From the NCBI RefSeq assembly GCF_009914755.1, contig NC_060938.1: DNA of 64,000 nucleotides; one strand, written 5' to 3'. The notes under the pieces were generated by a model, which saw nothing but the letters and a program-made list of their open reading frames with translations, was not told the origin of the DNA and searched no databases. The stretch is from the human T2T-CHM13v2.0 reference genome, Homo sapiens. Positions 14,515 to 29,385 of the stretch are shown here, piece after piece. The translations under genes were made by a program, and so were the position numbers. Numbering within the stretch: the first letter of the stretch is position 1; every line of letters begins with the position of its first letter.

Positions 14515-15345
14515 TTTTTCTTTTGAAATAATTATAGATTCAGAGCAAGACACAAGAAATGTACAAGAACGTCCTGTGCATCCTTTATCCAGCCTCTTCC
14601 AATGTTACCACCATCTTGCATAGCCATAGTACAATATCACAACCAGGAAAATTACATTGGCACAATCCACAGAATTTATTCAGATTTTATCAGCTATACA
14701 TGCATTCATTTGTGTTAGGTGAATGTGATAACCACTATGCTATGGAAACTCGCTTGTATAGCTTGTATATGTACATCATGCATAGCTTCATGTAACAATC
14801 ACTGCAATTAAGATATTTATCTGTACAATCACAAGACTCCCTCATGCAACTTGTCCTCTACTCTCATCTCTAACTCCTGGCAATCAATAATCTGTACTTA
14901 TCTTGAGAATTATATCATTAATGAGGATTACATAAGTGGAATTATGCAGCATGTATTCTTTTGAGATTGGCTTTTTTTCAGTCAACAAAATTTCCTTAAA
15001 GTTCATCCAAGTTGTATCAACACAGTTAGTTCCTTTTCATCACTGAGTAGCAGTCTGTGGTATGAATGTACCACATTCACCTAATGAAGGACATGTGAGT
15101 AGTTTCCAGCTTTTGGTTATAAGGAATAAAGCTGCTATGAACATTCATGTACAAGTTTCTGTATAGAAATACATTTCATCTCTCCTAGATATAGATCCAA
15201 GAATGAAATTGCTGGGTCATATGGTAAGCTCATCTTTAATATATAAAGGAACTACAAACTGTTTCCCAGAGTGGCTATACCATTACATATTCCCACCAGC
15301 AATATGTGAGTGACTGAGTTTCTCCACATCTTTACCAGCATGGCT
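14515..15345 (-). mobile_element. Old L1 (L1M-type) 3' fragment
   Basis: AATAAAGCTGCTATGAACATTCATGTACAAG, TTGCTGGGTCATATGGTAAG, TTCCCACCAGCAAT. Confidence 0.75.
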
Positions 15346-15660
15346 TGTATTTTAAAAAGCTAAACTAAGAAGTCTGTCAAAGTATTTCAAAACAAACAGA
15401 GAGATAACTAGGCATTTTTAATTTCTTTATGGATACACACATCATCAATGAAATATTTTTGTACCCATTTAAAAAAATCAAACCTGAATTTGTTCAAGCT
15501 TCTAGATCTAATACCAATTCATGGGAAAAACCTGAGTCAGAGGAATATGCTAAATTACAGTAGAAGAATGCAATCAGCATAAGCTAGAATATAAGAAATT
15601 CGTAAGACAAATAATCCAGTTTCTTCAACACATAATTTGCAAGCAAAAGAAGTGAGAGAT

Positions 15661-15975
<315 letters not shown>

Positions 15976-16147
15976 CTACAAACTAAAAAGACTTAGAAGT
16001 CAAATCATCCAATTGCTTTGTAAGGATTTTGAGTCCTGCTTCACAAAAACCATTGTAACAACTAGATATGAGATGGTATTAAGGAATTATTGTTACTTTT
16101 TAGGTGGAATAATATTGTGGTTATGTTTTTTTTTAAATTATCTTTTT

Positions 16148-16494
16148 ATGGAAAGCAGTTTGGTAGTTCCTCAAAAAGTTTAATATAGGATCACCATATG
16201 ATCCAGTAATTCCACTCCTAGGTGTAATATACCCAAAATAATTGAAAACAGGTTCTCAAAAAAAATTTGTTCACGAATGTTAATGATAGTATCATTCACA
16301 ATAGCCAGAAGATGGGACAATCCAAACGGCTATCATTAGATGAATGGATAAACAAAATGTGTATATCCATATCTGTATAATGTATATATAATAGAATATT
16401 ATTTAGCCATAAAAAAGAATGAGACACTAATACATGTGGATGAATCTCAAAAACATGATGCTAAGTGAAAGAAGCCAGACAGAAGGTCACATAT
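16148..16494 (+). mobile_element. L1M fragment
   Basis: ATGGAAAGCAGTTTGGTAGTTCCTCAAAAAGTT...GCTAAGTGAAAGAAGCCAGAC. Confidence 0.75.
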
Positions 16495-16999
16495 CGTGAT
16501 GGCCAATATTAGGTGTCAACTTGACTGGACTCAGGCATGCCTACATGGCTGCTGAAGCATTGTTGCTGTGTGTGTCTGTGAGCCTGTTTCCAGAGGAGAC
16601 TGAGATGTGAGTCAGTGGGCAGGGAGAACATGACCCGCCTTTAATGTGGGCAGGCATTGTTCCAGTGTAACTAGAACAAAGCTAGCAGAAAAAGGGGGAT
16701 ATTCAGCTTGTTGATGTTCCTTGTTCTCTTTCCAAGCCTGATGCTTTGCTTCCTCTCCTCCTGCCCTTGGACATCAGACTGCAAGTTCTTCTGCCTTTGG
16801 ACTCTGGGACTTGCACCAGTGGCCTCCTGGGGGCTCTTGGGCCTTTGGCATCAGACTGAAGCCTCTACTGTCGGCCTACCTGGTTTTGAGGCTTTCAGAC
16901 TTGAACTGACCACTCTACTGGCTTTTCCCATTCTTCAGCTTGCACATAGCCTATCATTCACCTTTGTAATGGTATGAGCCAATTTTCCCTAATAAACTG

Positions 17000-17056
<57 letters not shown>

Positions 17057-17098
17057 CTATTGGTTCTGTTCCTCTGGAGAACCCTGAATAATTATACA
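16495..17098 (+). mobile_element. MLT2 (ERVL) solo LTR
   Basis: Start (C)GTGATGGCCAATATTAGGTGTCAACTTGACTGGA, AATAAA, (TA)n, end CCTATTGGTTCTGTTCCTCTGGAGAACCCTGA...ACA. Confidence 0.85.
17002..17053 (+). repeat. (AT)26 microsatellite within MLT2
   Basis: Perfect run. Confidence 0.95.
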
Positions 17099-17101
17099 TA
17101 G

Positions 17102-17778
<677 letters not shown>

Positions 17779-17851
17779 TACTTTTACACATATTTGAAAA
17801 AAAGTCTTACCATAAAAATTTTTAAGAAGAAAACGTCAACATTTGATTTTA

Positions 17852-18185
<334 letters not shown>

Positions 18186-18494
18186 ATAAGAAAGTCCATT
18201 TGATTTAGGTTTTGATATTATCTACTTCTGAATAACTGGACTTGGGGAATACGAAAGGAAGAATATGAAATGATACTTGTTTGCAGAGCTCCCCTCCATT
18301 TACCAGGCATTCCCCAGATGCTCTGGTCTGAAGCGACGTCTCTTGTCATAAAAGACATTTGTGTCTGGTGAGAAGGAATGGACGCAAGCAATCTCTGGCC
18401 TAAACCCCAAAGACCCTGGGTCTGAGTGAACTTGAGCAAATTCAACATGGACCTCTCTGATTAACCACTGCTTCCATCTTGTAAGACCAACAAA

Positions 18495-18649
18495 ATTGCT
18501 AAATCACCTTGGGTATTTGCTAAATAATGGCAGAATCAAAGGTCCCACCCCAAACCAACAACTCAATCTCTAGGTATGGGGTCCAGGAAGGAGTGCTTCG
18601 ACAAGCTCCTCAGGTGATTCTGATGCCCCTTAAAGTTTGAGAATCACTG
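18495..18649. mobile_element. MER5A-like MITE
   Basis: AATCACCTTGGG...CAAGCTCCTCAGGTGATTCTGATGC...AAAGTTTGAGAATCACTG. Confidence 0.7.
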
Positions 18650-20174
18650 GGTTAGGAAACCAGTGACCTGGTGTCCTCCAGTGGGCAAAACTGATTCTAC
18701 ACCTCCACCTTGTGGCTTAAAAGCTACAAAGCAACTTCACCAGAATACCTGGCTCTCTGCCACATAACTAATTGACGGTGGCATTCAAAGCCCAGCAAGA
18801 AACCTTACACCTCCTCTAAGGATTTATTCCTGAGATACAACATTTGGATTCATGTCATTATACTCAGGGATTAGCAGGTCCATAAACATTATAGAAAGTT
18901 AGCTTTGAAAGTATTTTCTAAAAGTTAGCTTTGACTATTTTGGGATGAGTATAACACTATATATTCATTCAATATTTACTAAGTTTCCATAATATTCCAA
19001 GCACTGTGCTAGGCACTAGAGATTAAAGATGAATAAAACACGCACCTGCCCTTAAAAATTCATAGAAAAACACAAGTAATAATACATATTAGGACAAATG
19101 CCTCCTTTCTGTGAAGCAGCTCCTGGGCACTGGGAAGGAAATCAAAGACAAATACTGGCCTACCGGGAGACAAGACATAGCATATGAATAACTAATGATG
19201 GCAAAAGCAGCAACTGAAATGTGCAACATGAATGCCACAGATCATAAGTACTTTACAGAGATTCTGAATGGAGAGATCCTTTCCTCTAGAAGTTAGGGAC
19301 AGCTGCATTCATTCAACATACACTCTGTGCCAAAATAGTGCCAGGTGCCGGGGGACATGGTGAGTAAAAGCATCTTTAAGAGTATGTAACAGAGAGGTCT
19401 AGCAAGGAAGTTTTCCCTGATGGATTACCATTTGATCTTGGTAACTATGACGTGAACACGTAAAGAAAAATCAAGAAAACAGGAGAAAGCATCCTCTATG
19501 TGTATGTGTTTTGGGGGGTGGTGCAAAGGGAGAAGAGACGCAAGCTAAGGAGCCAGTGCAGTCAGAACCTTATGGAGAGACGGAAATGGGTATGAAATGG
19601 GGTAGGGATTTAAGCAATGAAAAGAGTGGCCAAGCACTAACACAGAGCAAAGATGTTTATGGCAGAGGGAGGGAGAGGCAGAAGAGGCAAATGGACTTTG
19701 AGATTTCAGCCAGGATGATTATAAGACAGACGATGACAATAATAAAAAAACAAAGAAGTTTAAGAAAGGAATACAGTGCTTGGGAGAAAGCAAGCTTTTT
19801 ATTAAGGAGTTCAGAGGACAGAACACTTGCATGAGTACTGTAAACCTATGTATGGTAAAGATGGGTGAGTAGAAGACAGAAAGAAGGGAGTAGCTTAATA
19901 ACCAGAAGGCATGCCCCCGACTAAAGCTAATCATTGTGACGAGCAAAATCCCAGTTATCTTCAGCTTTTCTGTTGCAGTTTTCTATAATACCACCAAAAT
20001 TTCTAGGTCCACCTGACTCTTCTCGTTCTCTCTTTTGTCCCTTTAAGGCAGCTCTGTAAAGAGCCAGTGTTATTGCCACAGCCACTGGAATCGTAGGGAA
20101 GAAGATAAATACCCACTTGAAGACAACAGTGGCCTTGGATTCTTTTTTTAAATTTTAAGATACAACATAATACA

Positions 20175-20468
20175 GGCCAGGCGCGGTGGCTCACACCTGT
20201 AATCCCAGCACTTTGGGAGGCTGAGGCGGGTGGATCATGAGGTCAGGAGATCGAGACCATCCTGGCTAACAAGGTGAAACCCCATATCTACTAAACATAC
20301 AAAAAGAAATTAGCCGGGCGTGGTGGCGGGCGCCTGTAGTCCCAACTACTCAGAAGGCTGAGTCAGGAGAATGGTGTGAACCCGGGAGGCAGAGCTTGCA
20401 GTGAGTTGAGATCGCGCCACTCTAGCCTGGGAGACAGAGCAAAACTCTGCCTCAAAAAAAAAAAAAAA
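20175..20468 (+). mobile_element. AluY-like
   Basis: Y diagnostics; 16-bp TSD AAGATACAACATAATA. Confidence 0.92.
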
Positions 20469-21295
20469 GATACAACATAATATGATAACATGCACTAATT
20501 CTAAGGGCATTGCTCAATAAAAATTTATATAGGTATACAACCATGAAATTGCCACCCAGATCAAGATATAGAACCCCAGAAGTTTCCCTCATGCCTTCCT
20601 TAGTCAATACCTTACCCAGAGGTAACCACTATTCTGACTTCCATAACTTGCCTGTTCTTGAGCATCATGCAAATGGAATCACAGAGATTCTTTTGTATTT
20701 GAATTCTTTTATTCAATATTATGACCGTGAGATTCATCCATGTCAATGTGTATATTTATAGTTTGTTGTTTATTTATGTTTGTGTAATATTCTATTGTAT
20801 GGCTATTCCACAGTTTATTTATCCATTTTCCATTTTCTTTTGATGGATATTTAGGTTGTTCCTAGCTTGTGGCTATTATAAATAAAGCAGCTGTAAATGT
20901 TCCTGTACATGTCTTTGGTGGAAATAGGTACTCATTTCTCTTAGATATACTTAAGAGTGAGATTGCTGGGTCATGGAGTTATGGTGTTTAGCTTTAGTAG
21001 ATACTGACAAATAGATTTCCCTAATGGTTGTACCAATTTGTACTCACCTAAAATGTATGAGTGTTTCAGTTGGTCCATACCCTTGTTAACACCTAATACT
21101 ATAAGTCTTTTTAATTTTAAACACTCTAGGTGTATACTGACACTCATTGTGGTTTTAATTTGCACTGCTCTCATGAGTGATAAAGTTCAGTACTTTTCAA
21201 ATGCTTATTGGGTATTTGGATATTTTCTTTGGTAAAGTACCTGTTCAACATTTCTGCTCATTTTTTAAATTGATTTTTTGTTTTTTACTTACTGA

Positions 21296-21682
<387 letters not shown>

Positions 21683-21708
21683 CTTTTCACTTACTTAATA
21701 GTGTCTTT

Positions 21709-22016
21709 GGCCAGGCATGGTGGCTCACATCTGTAATCCTAGCACTTCGGTAGGATGAGACAGGAGGACTGTTTGCACCCAGGAGATCGAGACCAGCCTG
21801 GGTAACACAAAGAGACGCTTTCTCTAACAGAAACATTTAAAAATTAGCCAGGCATGATAGCATGAGCCTGTGGTCTCAGCTACTTGGGAAGCTGAAGTGG
21901 GAGGACTGCTTGAGCCTTGGAGGTCAAGGCTGCAGTAGCCATGATCATGCCACTGCACTCCAGCCTGGGCAACAGACCAAGACCCTGTCTCAAAAAAAAA
22001 AAAAAAAAAAAAAAAA
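21709..22016 (+). mobile_element. Alu (J-like)
   Basis: Full dimer with a long A tail. Confidence 0.9.
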
Positions 22017-23006
22017 GTGGTGTCTGCTGTGTAAAAGTTCTTAATTTTAATGAAATCCAATGTGTCAATTTTTTCTTTGATGTATAGTGTTTCTGAGGTT
22101 TTAAGAAATTTAAGAAATCTTTGTCTACCCTGATGGCCTTGCATTCTGAAAGGAAAGAGGCTAATTCAGGGCAGCCTCATTCATTAAAGTTTCAACAAAC
22201 ATCAGAGCATGAGTGCCTTTTCCAGCCTTTGACATTAAGCCCCTGGGCTTTATTTTCCTATAATGGTATGAGCAACCCTCAAATGCAATGTGGCAGAGAT
22301 TGTCTGGCTTGTTCAGAAGGCAGAGTTTCATTTAATCTGGTCTCTATAGAAGTAGGATTGGCCCAGGCCCCAAAAAACAGACAGTTAACCGAGAGGTCCC
22401 CAAACCCAGAGAGAACCTAAGAGCAATTTCCCGATAGTAGGAACTTGCTCTCATTGCCCATTTTCAGATGTGTCATTTACACAAGTGAAAGCACCGTCTT
22501 ATAAGATAAGTCTTTATAGGGATTCTCGGCTTGCCCCAGTTTTATTATTGAGTGGGGAAAAAACCACTCTCTTTATTATCCTTGTCAAAGCAAGACACTG
22601 TTATCTGTCATAGAACTAACAGTTCCTGACAGAAAATAAAGAGATTGGAAGGGAGAGAGGTAGTGAGTAAGCAGACAGCTAAAACCGGCAATGAAAAGGA
22701 TGAGACAAGTAGAGTGAGAGCAGGGGAAACTTTTGCTTTTCCTGAATTCTCTAGACATTAGAGGATCTCAGTTCTGAAAAGTGTTCAGAGGGCACTGCAA
22801 CAGCCCAAGATAGATATAACTGGGACACTGGCAGTGAGAAAGGAGGTTACCTGTGAAAACAGCAGAAATCATCTAAATGAAATAAATGAAACCTTGTCAG
22901 AACATGCAATGTACACTTGTAAGTGTGAAATGTTTTTTTATCCAGTCACCTACACTCAAGCCTCTCCTCCCCAGTGACCACTCATCACCACTAAAATCCC
23001 TAAAGC

Positions 23007-23297
23007 AGAACTTTCCAACTCCAGTGTCTACAGGGTCAGGCAAGTAATGTAAATGAGGGATACACCTGTATTAAGACATCAAGAAGTGGTGGGACCCTTA
23101 ACTAACATCATAAAGGTTTTGGCTGACTATTGCCATATGAGAATAAAGGTCCGACAATATCAGATCTTTTGTCTTTTTCAAGAGATGTAAGAAACTACAA
23201 TTTTACTTTGTAATTTTTCAAACTCTAGTATATCAGGTAGACCAAAATATCTCTGTGGGTTGAATTTGGTCTATAGGCAGCTAGTTTACAACCTCTG
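23007..23297 (-). mobile_element. MER102-like hAT element
   Basis: Reverse complement begins CAGAGGTTGTAAACTAGCTGCCTATAGACCAAATTCAACCCACAGAG. Confidence 0.5.
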
Positions 23298-23564
23298 TTC
23301 TAAAGTGTTGCAGCAAAATAAATAGTATATGCAGATTTCCAGGGTTATAAAAGGTAAGAAGTTTGAACAGGTTCTAGGCCATGAGACAGTGAAAAAGGGT
23401 TTAACTTTCAGGGACAGGAAGTCTAAAGGACTCAGACTTCAGAGTATGACAGGTCCATATTGGAAAAATTTGAAAGGAATTCTGAAAAAGTTCTATTGTA
23501 AGGAGGCACAGATGAAAGAAAACTAGAATGTACAGGGACCCTATGTGATTTAGTAAGAGAGGGA

Positions 23565-23672
23565 ACTGGGTGTGGTGGCTCATGCCTATAATTCCATCTA
23601 CTCGGGAGGCTGAGGCCTAGGCAACATAGTGAGATCCTGTCTCTAAAAATAAAAACTAAAAAAAAGAAAAAA
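23565..23672 (+). mobile_element. Alu monomer (FLAM-like), internally deleted
   Basis: CTGGGTGTGGTGGCTCATGCCTATAATTCC...GGCAACATAGTGAGATCCTGTCTCT. Confidence 0.75.
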
Positions 23673-23702
23673 ACAGGGGAAAGGGGAAGGATGATATATA
23701 TG

Positions 23703-23705
<3 letters not shown>

Positions 23706-23735
<30 letters not shown>
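23706..23735 (+). repeat. (AC)15 microsatellite
   Basis: Perfect run. Confidence 0.9.
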
Positions 23736-23738
<3 letters not shown>

Positions 23739-23744
23739 TAACAC

Positions 23745-24020
23745 ACAAGTTATTTCACCTCTCTGTGCCTTGATTTTCTTAAAATAAGAATAATAGAAGC
23801 TACCTCATAGGGTTATCATAAGGATTAAATGAGGTAATTATTCATATGATGGTCAATACTCCGATGGCACGTAATGCTTAATAAATGTTAGTTATTATTT
23901 ATTATTATGAGACACTGAGAGGTGAAGTAACTTATTCAAGATCACATGCCTATTAAGGTGTACTACCTGGATCTGTAACCAAGAAGTATGGCTTCAGAGC
24001 CTATACTTTCTACACTAAAC
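23745..24020. mobile_element. Adjacent MIR fragments in opposite orientations
   Basis: CAAGTTATTTCACCTCTCTGTGCCTTG...AGGATTAAATGAG, then ACTGAGAGGTGAAGTAACTTATTCAAGATCACA. Confidence 0.7.
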
Positions 24021-27000
24021 CATCAAGCTCTTCTTCCTCCCCTTACCTCACTGGGCTAGTTTCTTATTCTTAATCTGTACAATGAGGAAGTCTGATCATA
24101 TTATAATTCAAGTCTTCTTTAGAGCTGACATTTTTTTTTTCTGCCAGCCAGCCCTCTAATCAGCTTATTTCAGGGCAGCAGTGGGACAAAAATGACTCTC
24201 CTCCTATACCTTCAGGCTACCAAGTGGAGAGGTATAGTGTAGGCTTGGGGTAAGACAGGGAAATCATTCAAGCATTGACTAATACATAGGTTAAGCCAGG
24301 AAGGAGAAGGTGTTCAGGGTGAGACCTTCATCACTGCTCCAAGGAGATTATCTGTTTCTAGGACAGCAGGCCCTGAATTCACCCACATGCCTGTGCAATT
24401 ACAAGCTAGAAGTCATTTAAAAACCTGATAAGGAACCACAACAGGTTTAAAACCTAGGGTAATCAGAACACCAAGCAACTCTTATCCTTTTGGAGTCAAG
24501 GGTCTCTATGAGAACTTGGTAAAAACTTTCTACCATCCCTAGAAAAAATATGACATGTGTTCACTCAGATACACAAGCCATACAATTTTACCTGCAGTTA
24601 TAGGGGATTCACAAATTCCTTAAAATCTCTCCCTACACTTGAAGTATCCCTGAAAAAGTTCTATCGTGTTCCAGGCTTGTCCTCCCAACAGATTTAGAGT
24701 TGCCCCAAAATCTAGGTTGGGGTTTCTAGGCAGCTGTGCTCAAGAGACAAATTATCTATTGCAACTCAGCATAACTAATCCTACATGGAAAAGAAAAAGG
24801 GTGGTCTCTTCCCCCAAACCAACTTGTACTGAGGGAATTCTAACAGAAAAGATCTGTAATTTCATCCCCAAACTCCAGTGGATGCTAAGTTAAGAAGAGT
24901 TCCAAGGATATTTCATCCCCCTTTTCTGCCTGACACCCATAAAACCTTGTAGAACCTTAGAAGAGTTGAAATAAATGCAAAAACATCCTAGTCCCCATGG
25001 CACTATGCTCCTTCTTTTATTCCAAAAAGAAATTAGTCATGATTGTCAATTAGCCCTACTGGGCAACTTTTCTCCTATATGGGCTCTGAAAACCGTAGGT
25101 TATCAAAGAAACTATAAAACCTTACCCATAATTGAAGAAGAACTCAAAACAAGATATCATTTTTCCCCCATAATACTAGCAATAGTTCAAGTGTTGGTGA
25201 AGGTCTGGAGACACATGCAATCTTATACACAGTTGGCAGATTTGTAAGTTAGTACAGCCTTTGGTGGTGGGGCTACAATTTGACAGTTTCTATCAAAAGT
25301 TTAAAAACATGCATCCTTTGATGTAGCAAAGTCCGTACAGATATTTTTGCAAAAGTAGGCCTGGTTATAAAGATAGATTTATAACCAGGTTAAATGTAAC
25401 ATTGTTTATAATGACCAAAAACTGGAAACAAGAAGCCCTGGTTGTTGGGTACATCATATAAATTGAATGCCATATAGTCATTAAAAGAAGGGGCTAGATC
25501 TGTTAGTGTTGGTATGAAAAAAGGCTCCAAAACATATTGTTAATTTAAAAAAGAAATCGAGAACAGTGAGTATTACTACGTGCTTCCTTCTGTCTCAATT
25601 TTTTTAAAGGATGCATATGCATAGTAGTATATACATTACATTAAGTTCTGGAAAGATAAGAAACTGTTCACTGTAGTTACCTCTGGAGTGACTACAGACA
25701 CTAGAAAGAAGCAGAACTGTACTGATAGACAAACATTTTAAAAACATACAAGTAACAGAGATAATCTGGAGATGGAACTTGTTTTTTTGTTTTTATTTTT
25801 TTCTGCATAAAACCCCCAAACCAATAAATGTCACTGTAAAAATACAATAATCATCATCACTTTCAATTCTTTTAACAAGAAAGAAACTATATTTATTAGT
25901 GAGGAGACAAGTGGAAAGTGGGGGAGGGCCCATATAATGCACGGTAAGAAACTGGTGGAAGAGAATGGGAGAGAATTGGGAGAATTAAAATATCCACACT
26001 CCCCTCCTCTCTCAAGACACTGCAGACACCATGAATTGCTCAAGCTTTCCACTGGAGATAAACAGCTCAGTGCCCCACTCCAGTTGCCAGCTATTCATTG
26101 CAATTATAAGTAGGAGAGATAGTAGGTTGAGAGAAGGCTGGTGCAGTTTGTCCAAATCCTGCCTTTTGTAATACGGATGAGGCAGAACAGTTGTTCCTAA
26201 AGAGCCTGAAGTAGCAGAGAACACTGCAGATGAACACAGTTGTCTTCTTGGCAGACAGCAAGCCTCCTAAAGTTCATAGTGCAAAGGCACATCAGGGGTC
26301 CTGCCACTACACACATTTCAATAGACTGTAAAAGCAAGAGCCAGGTGCCTACGCAACAGAAGGGGCAGGAGAAATCTCTGCTGCCCTGAGGAAGCTTAGG
26401 GAGCCTTGCTCAATGACAGGGACACACCTCTGGGCTACACCGATCTGCTACAATAGTTCCAACCATCTCTTACTGCCCCATGGAGAGAATCACCTAGGAG
26501 TAAAAATCATCAAGGAAGATAATCTTCTGTACTTAACTACTCCTTTCATCTGAGGCCCGTGAAATAAATTATAACATCACTTAGTTTCCATGATATTCTT
26601 CTGCAACACTGCTTTATGAAGTGGGAAATTACATCTATGCAGAATTTCCAGAGGAGCTAGCTAGCAATACACGGAAGTTTTTTAATACAGCATGGCCAAC
26701 TTTATGTACAGGTGCCATAAAAAGTAGTCCCTCCCCCATGGGACTTAAGGAACATAAAAGAGCCTGCTACTCACCCCCATTCCCACATCCTTTAATGATG
26801 CCTGAGATTCCCCCATTAGTGATTCATGCCATCATTCAGGTTTGTCTTAAGTATGCTCTTTTCATAGTGCCATGTGGAGAAACACATGAGGTCCTGAACA
26901 CCACAGTGCAATGGCTCTTAACCTTTTGTTGTTGTCACTATAAAGGTCATTAGTCCTTTTGATAAACAGAAAATGCACTTATTTGAATATACAATATATA

Positions 27001-27472
27001 ATTTTCATATAATTTTGGCAGTTCAGTATTTTTTAAGCCCTCTTAGGGATCCCCTCCAACCTAGGCTTAAGAATCCCTGACTCAGCAGCAACAAGTTTGG
27101 CAAATCTCCACCTCCACCTCCTCCCCTCCACCCACCCCACACCAAGAGCTCCTATGCATCTGGGGAACCCTGGGTCTGAAGAGAGAAGGCAATACTAAAG
27201 GGATGCTCTGACTACTTCAGATAATTGCCTAAAACTCACCCTGTCTACAGTCCAGATTACTGTTTATGATTCCTCCTCAGCAAGGAGTACGGATTTGTCG
27301 CTGTCTATTCCTTGGAAACAAGCTCTCCTGGCTTGAGAGACACTATATATCTTAAGAAATGCCCAGCAGAGATAACTGCCAAAGAGGTCCTTACAACACT
27401 TACTGGCTGGTCACATTACCTGAGAAATGAGGCAGAGGAAAGTTTTAACACCTATGAATAAAGGGGGCTCAC

Positions 27473-27602
27473 CTCTGAGGTTTTCGAATGTCCCAGAGTC
27501 CCACTCCTTCCTTTGAATTGGCTGTGGCCAACAACCTGGGCTCCACAGGGTTAAACATGACACTATGAAAGGCTGATGGATAGTTTGCCAGGCAGAAGGG
27601 CT
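27473..27602 (-). CDS. DCAF5: DCAF5 exon 5 (130 nt)
   Basis: Acceptor TTTTCTTTCCACAG|AG, donor AGAG|GTGAGC. Encodes EPFCLANYPSAFHSVMFNPVEPRLLATANSKEGVGLWDIRKPQ with a second WDxR; phase 1/2. Confidence 0.97.
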
Positions 27603-29245
27603 CTGTGGAAAGAAAAATTATAATCAGTTCACTCCAGGTACCTGTGGGCCACTGGCAGGCAGATAATCAGGAATGTGAATACAGGTCGGAGCACTCTTTA
27701 ATAACCACTCCAACGGCCTGGAGCCCCAAAACAGCACATAATCCCACCAGTCACCTCTACTTACAAGGTCCCCATGAGTCCTATACATAGCAAGGTAAAC
27801 ACATTTAACCACATTTTAAGCTATAACACCCAGAAATATATATAGCAGCTATCAGATCTTGACACAAAACAGAAACGGCCACTAAAAATGGGAAAATAAG
27901 CCATTTTACAGTAAGTAAAACTGAATTCCACATGAGCTGAAAAAATTCACAACCAAGTATGGTAGGGTTATTATGCTTTTAATCCAATTGTATTAGTTTT
28001 AGAAAAGTTTTTAAACCATGCACAGATTTGATGAAGATTAAAAAAAACAATGACAAAATTAAGACGTGGTGAAACACAATGGTGTGGTTTTTCTCTTCTG
28101 GTTCACAATGCTCCCTAACATCTAGCCAGTCTGTAATCAACTTCACCTAGAAACCCTGCAACATTTTACAAAAATTAGCAGGTTCCAAGTGAGGAAGAAA
28201 TCACTTAGTTACCTAGCAGGATATACTCCTATGGGACCTGTTAGAGTAATACAAAGAAAGCACTTCTCAGTCTATGACCTCCATATGCAGTATTTCACAG
28301 GTCTCTGAGCAGGTAAAGCACTCAGTCATCTCTGCCATCAGGCAGTTCAGACGAAGGAGAATTTCACTTACCAAGCCCACAGTGACTCGACCACAGCTGC
28401 TACTTCGTGCTACCTTACCTGCCTAACCCTAAAAACAAGCTTCTCTTATAGCCTGAACCTAAATAATGAGCACAGCCCAGAATGTAAAATGTTTAGAACA
28501 TAGAAAAGTTAAAAGACCCAGATCCTGCCAGACAGAGCAGGCAGGATAGTAAATTTAGGTACACAGCTGTGATCATTACAATCTGCACTAAAGGCCACGG
28601 TGGGTATGGCAGTGGCACTAAGGCTGGTACTAGAGGAAGGGGCCTTTTGAAGACAGGTAGAATTACAGAAATCTCTCTGTAGGAAATGAGCTGAGAAGAT
28701 GCATTTCCTGAAGAACTTCAGAGAAAGTCAACAAAGCAACTTCTTCATTTCACACATCAGAGAGTCAAAGGGCACATTCAGAGGAGGCACTCACACGACA
28801 ATCCCCTTTAAACAGAGTTTATTTGCCATCATTTTAAGATCCTATACACAGGTAATTTGAGATTCGGTGGTTCTTTCAACAAAATAACAAGCCTGAAACT
28901 AGGATGCAGGAAAGTGCATAACGCCCCCATTCTCTGTAAATAATCAAGAATAGTTACATGTCAGCACCACAACTTCTGCTCCTTGGGGCACTAAACACCA
29001 AAGTACAAGGGTTTGTGGAGAGTCACAGGAGGGTGGAGAAGGACTGGCAAAGGTGCCTCACTCCTGAGTATTTAGGTGGAGGATAAGGCCTCCAAAGACC
29101 TCTTATGCCCCCATGTGAGTGTTTCACATTTCCTTTCCCTTGACATCACTTGCACATAGATACTGAGGTAATAAATTGGATCTTCAATGAATCTGACATC
29201 AAACTGTTCAACACAGTCCAACAGTCATTTGCACAGTGAGCCTAC

Positions 29246-29385
29246 CTCCATGGGGGGATTCCCGAATGTCCCAAATGAGAACCCGGCCATCATCTGAGGA
29301 ACTGGCAAAAATGTTGTCATTCACTGGGCTCACAGACAAGCCATATACTGCATCTTCATGAGCAAACACGTCCAATGTCTCACTG
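29246..29385 (-). CDS. DCAF5: DCAF5 exon 4 (140 nt)
   Basis: Acceptor CTCTTATCTCCCAG|CAG, donor GGAG|GTAGGC. Encodes SETLDVFAHEDAVYGLSVSPVNDNIFASSSDDGRVLIWDIRESPHG with a WDxR motif; phase 2/1. Confidence 0.97.
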
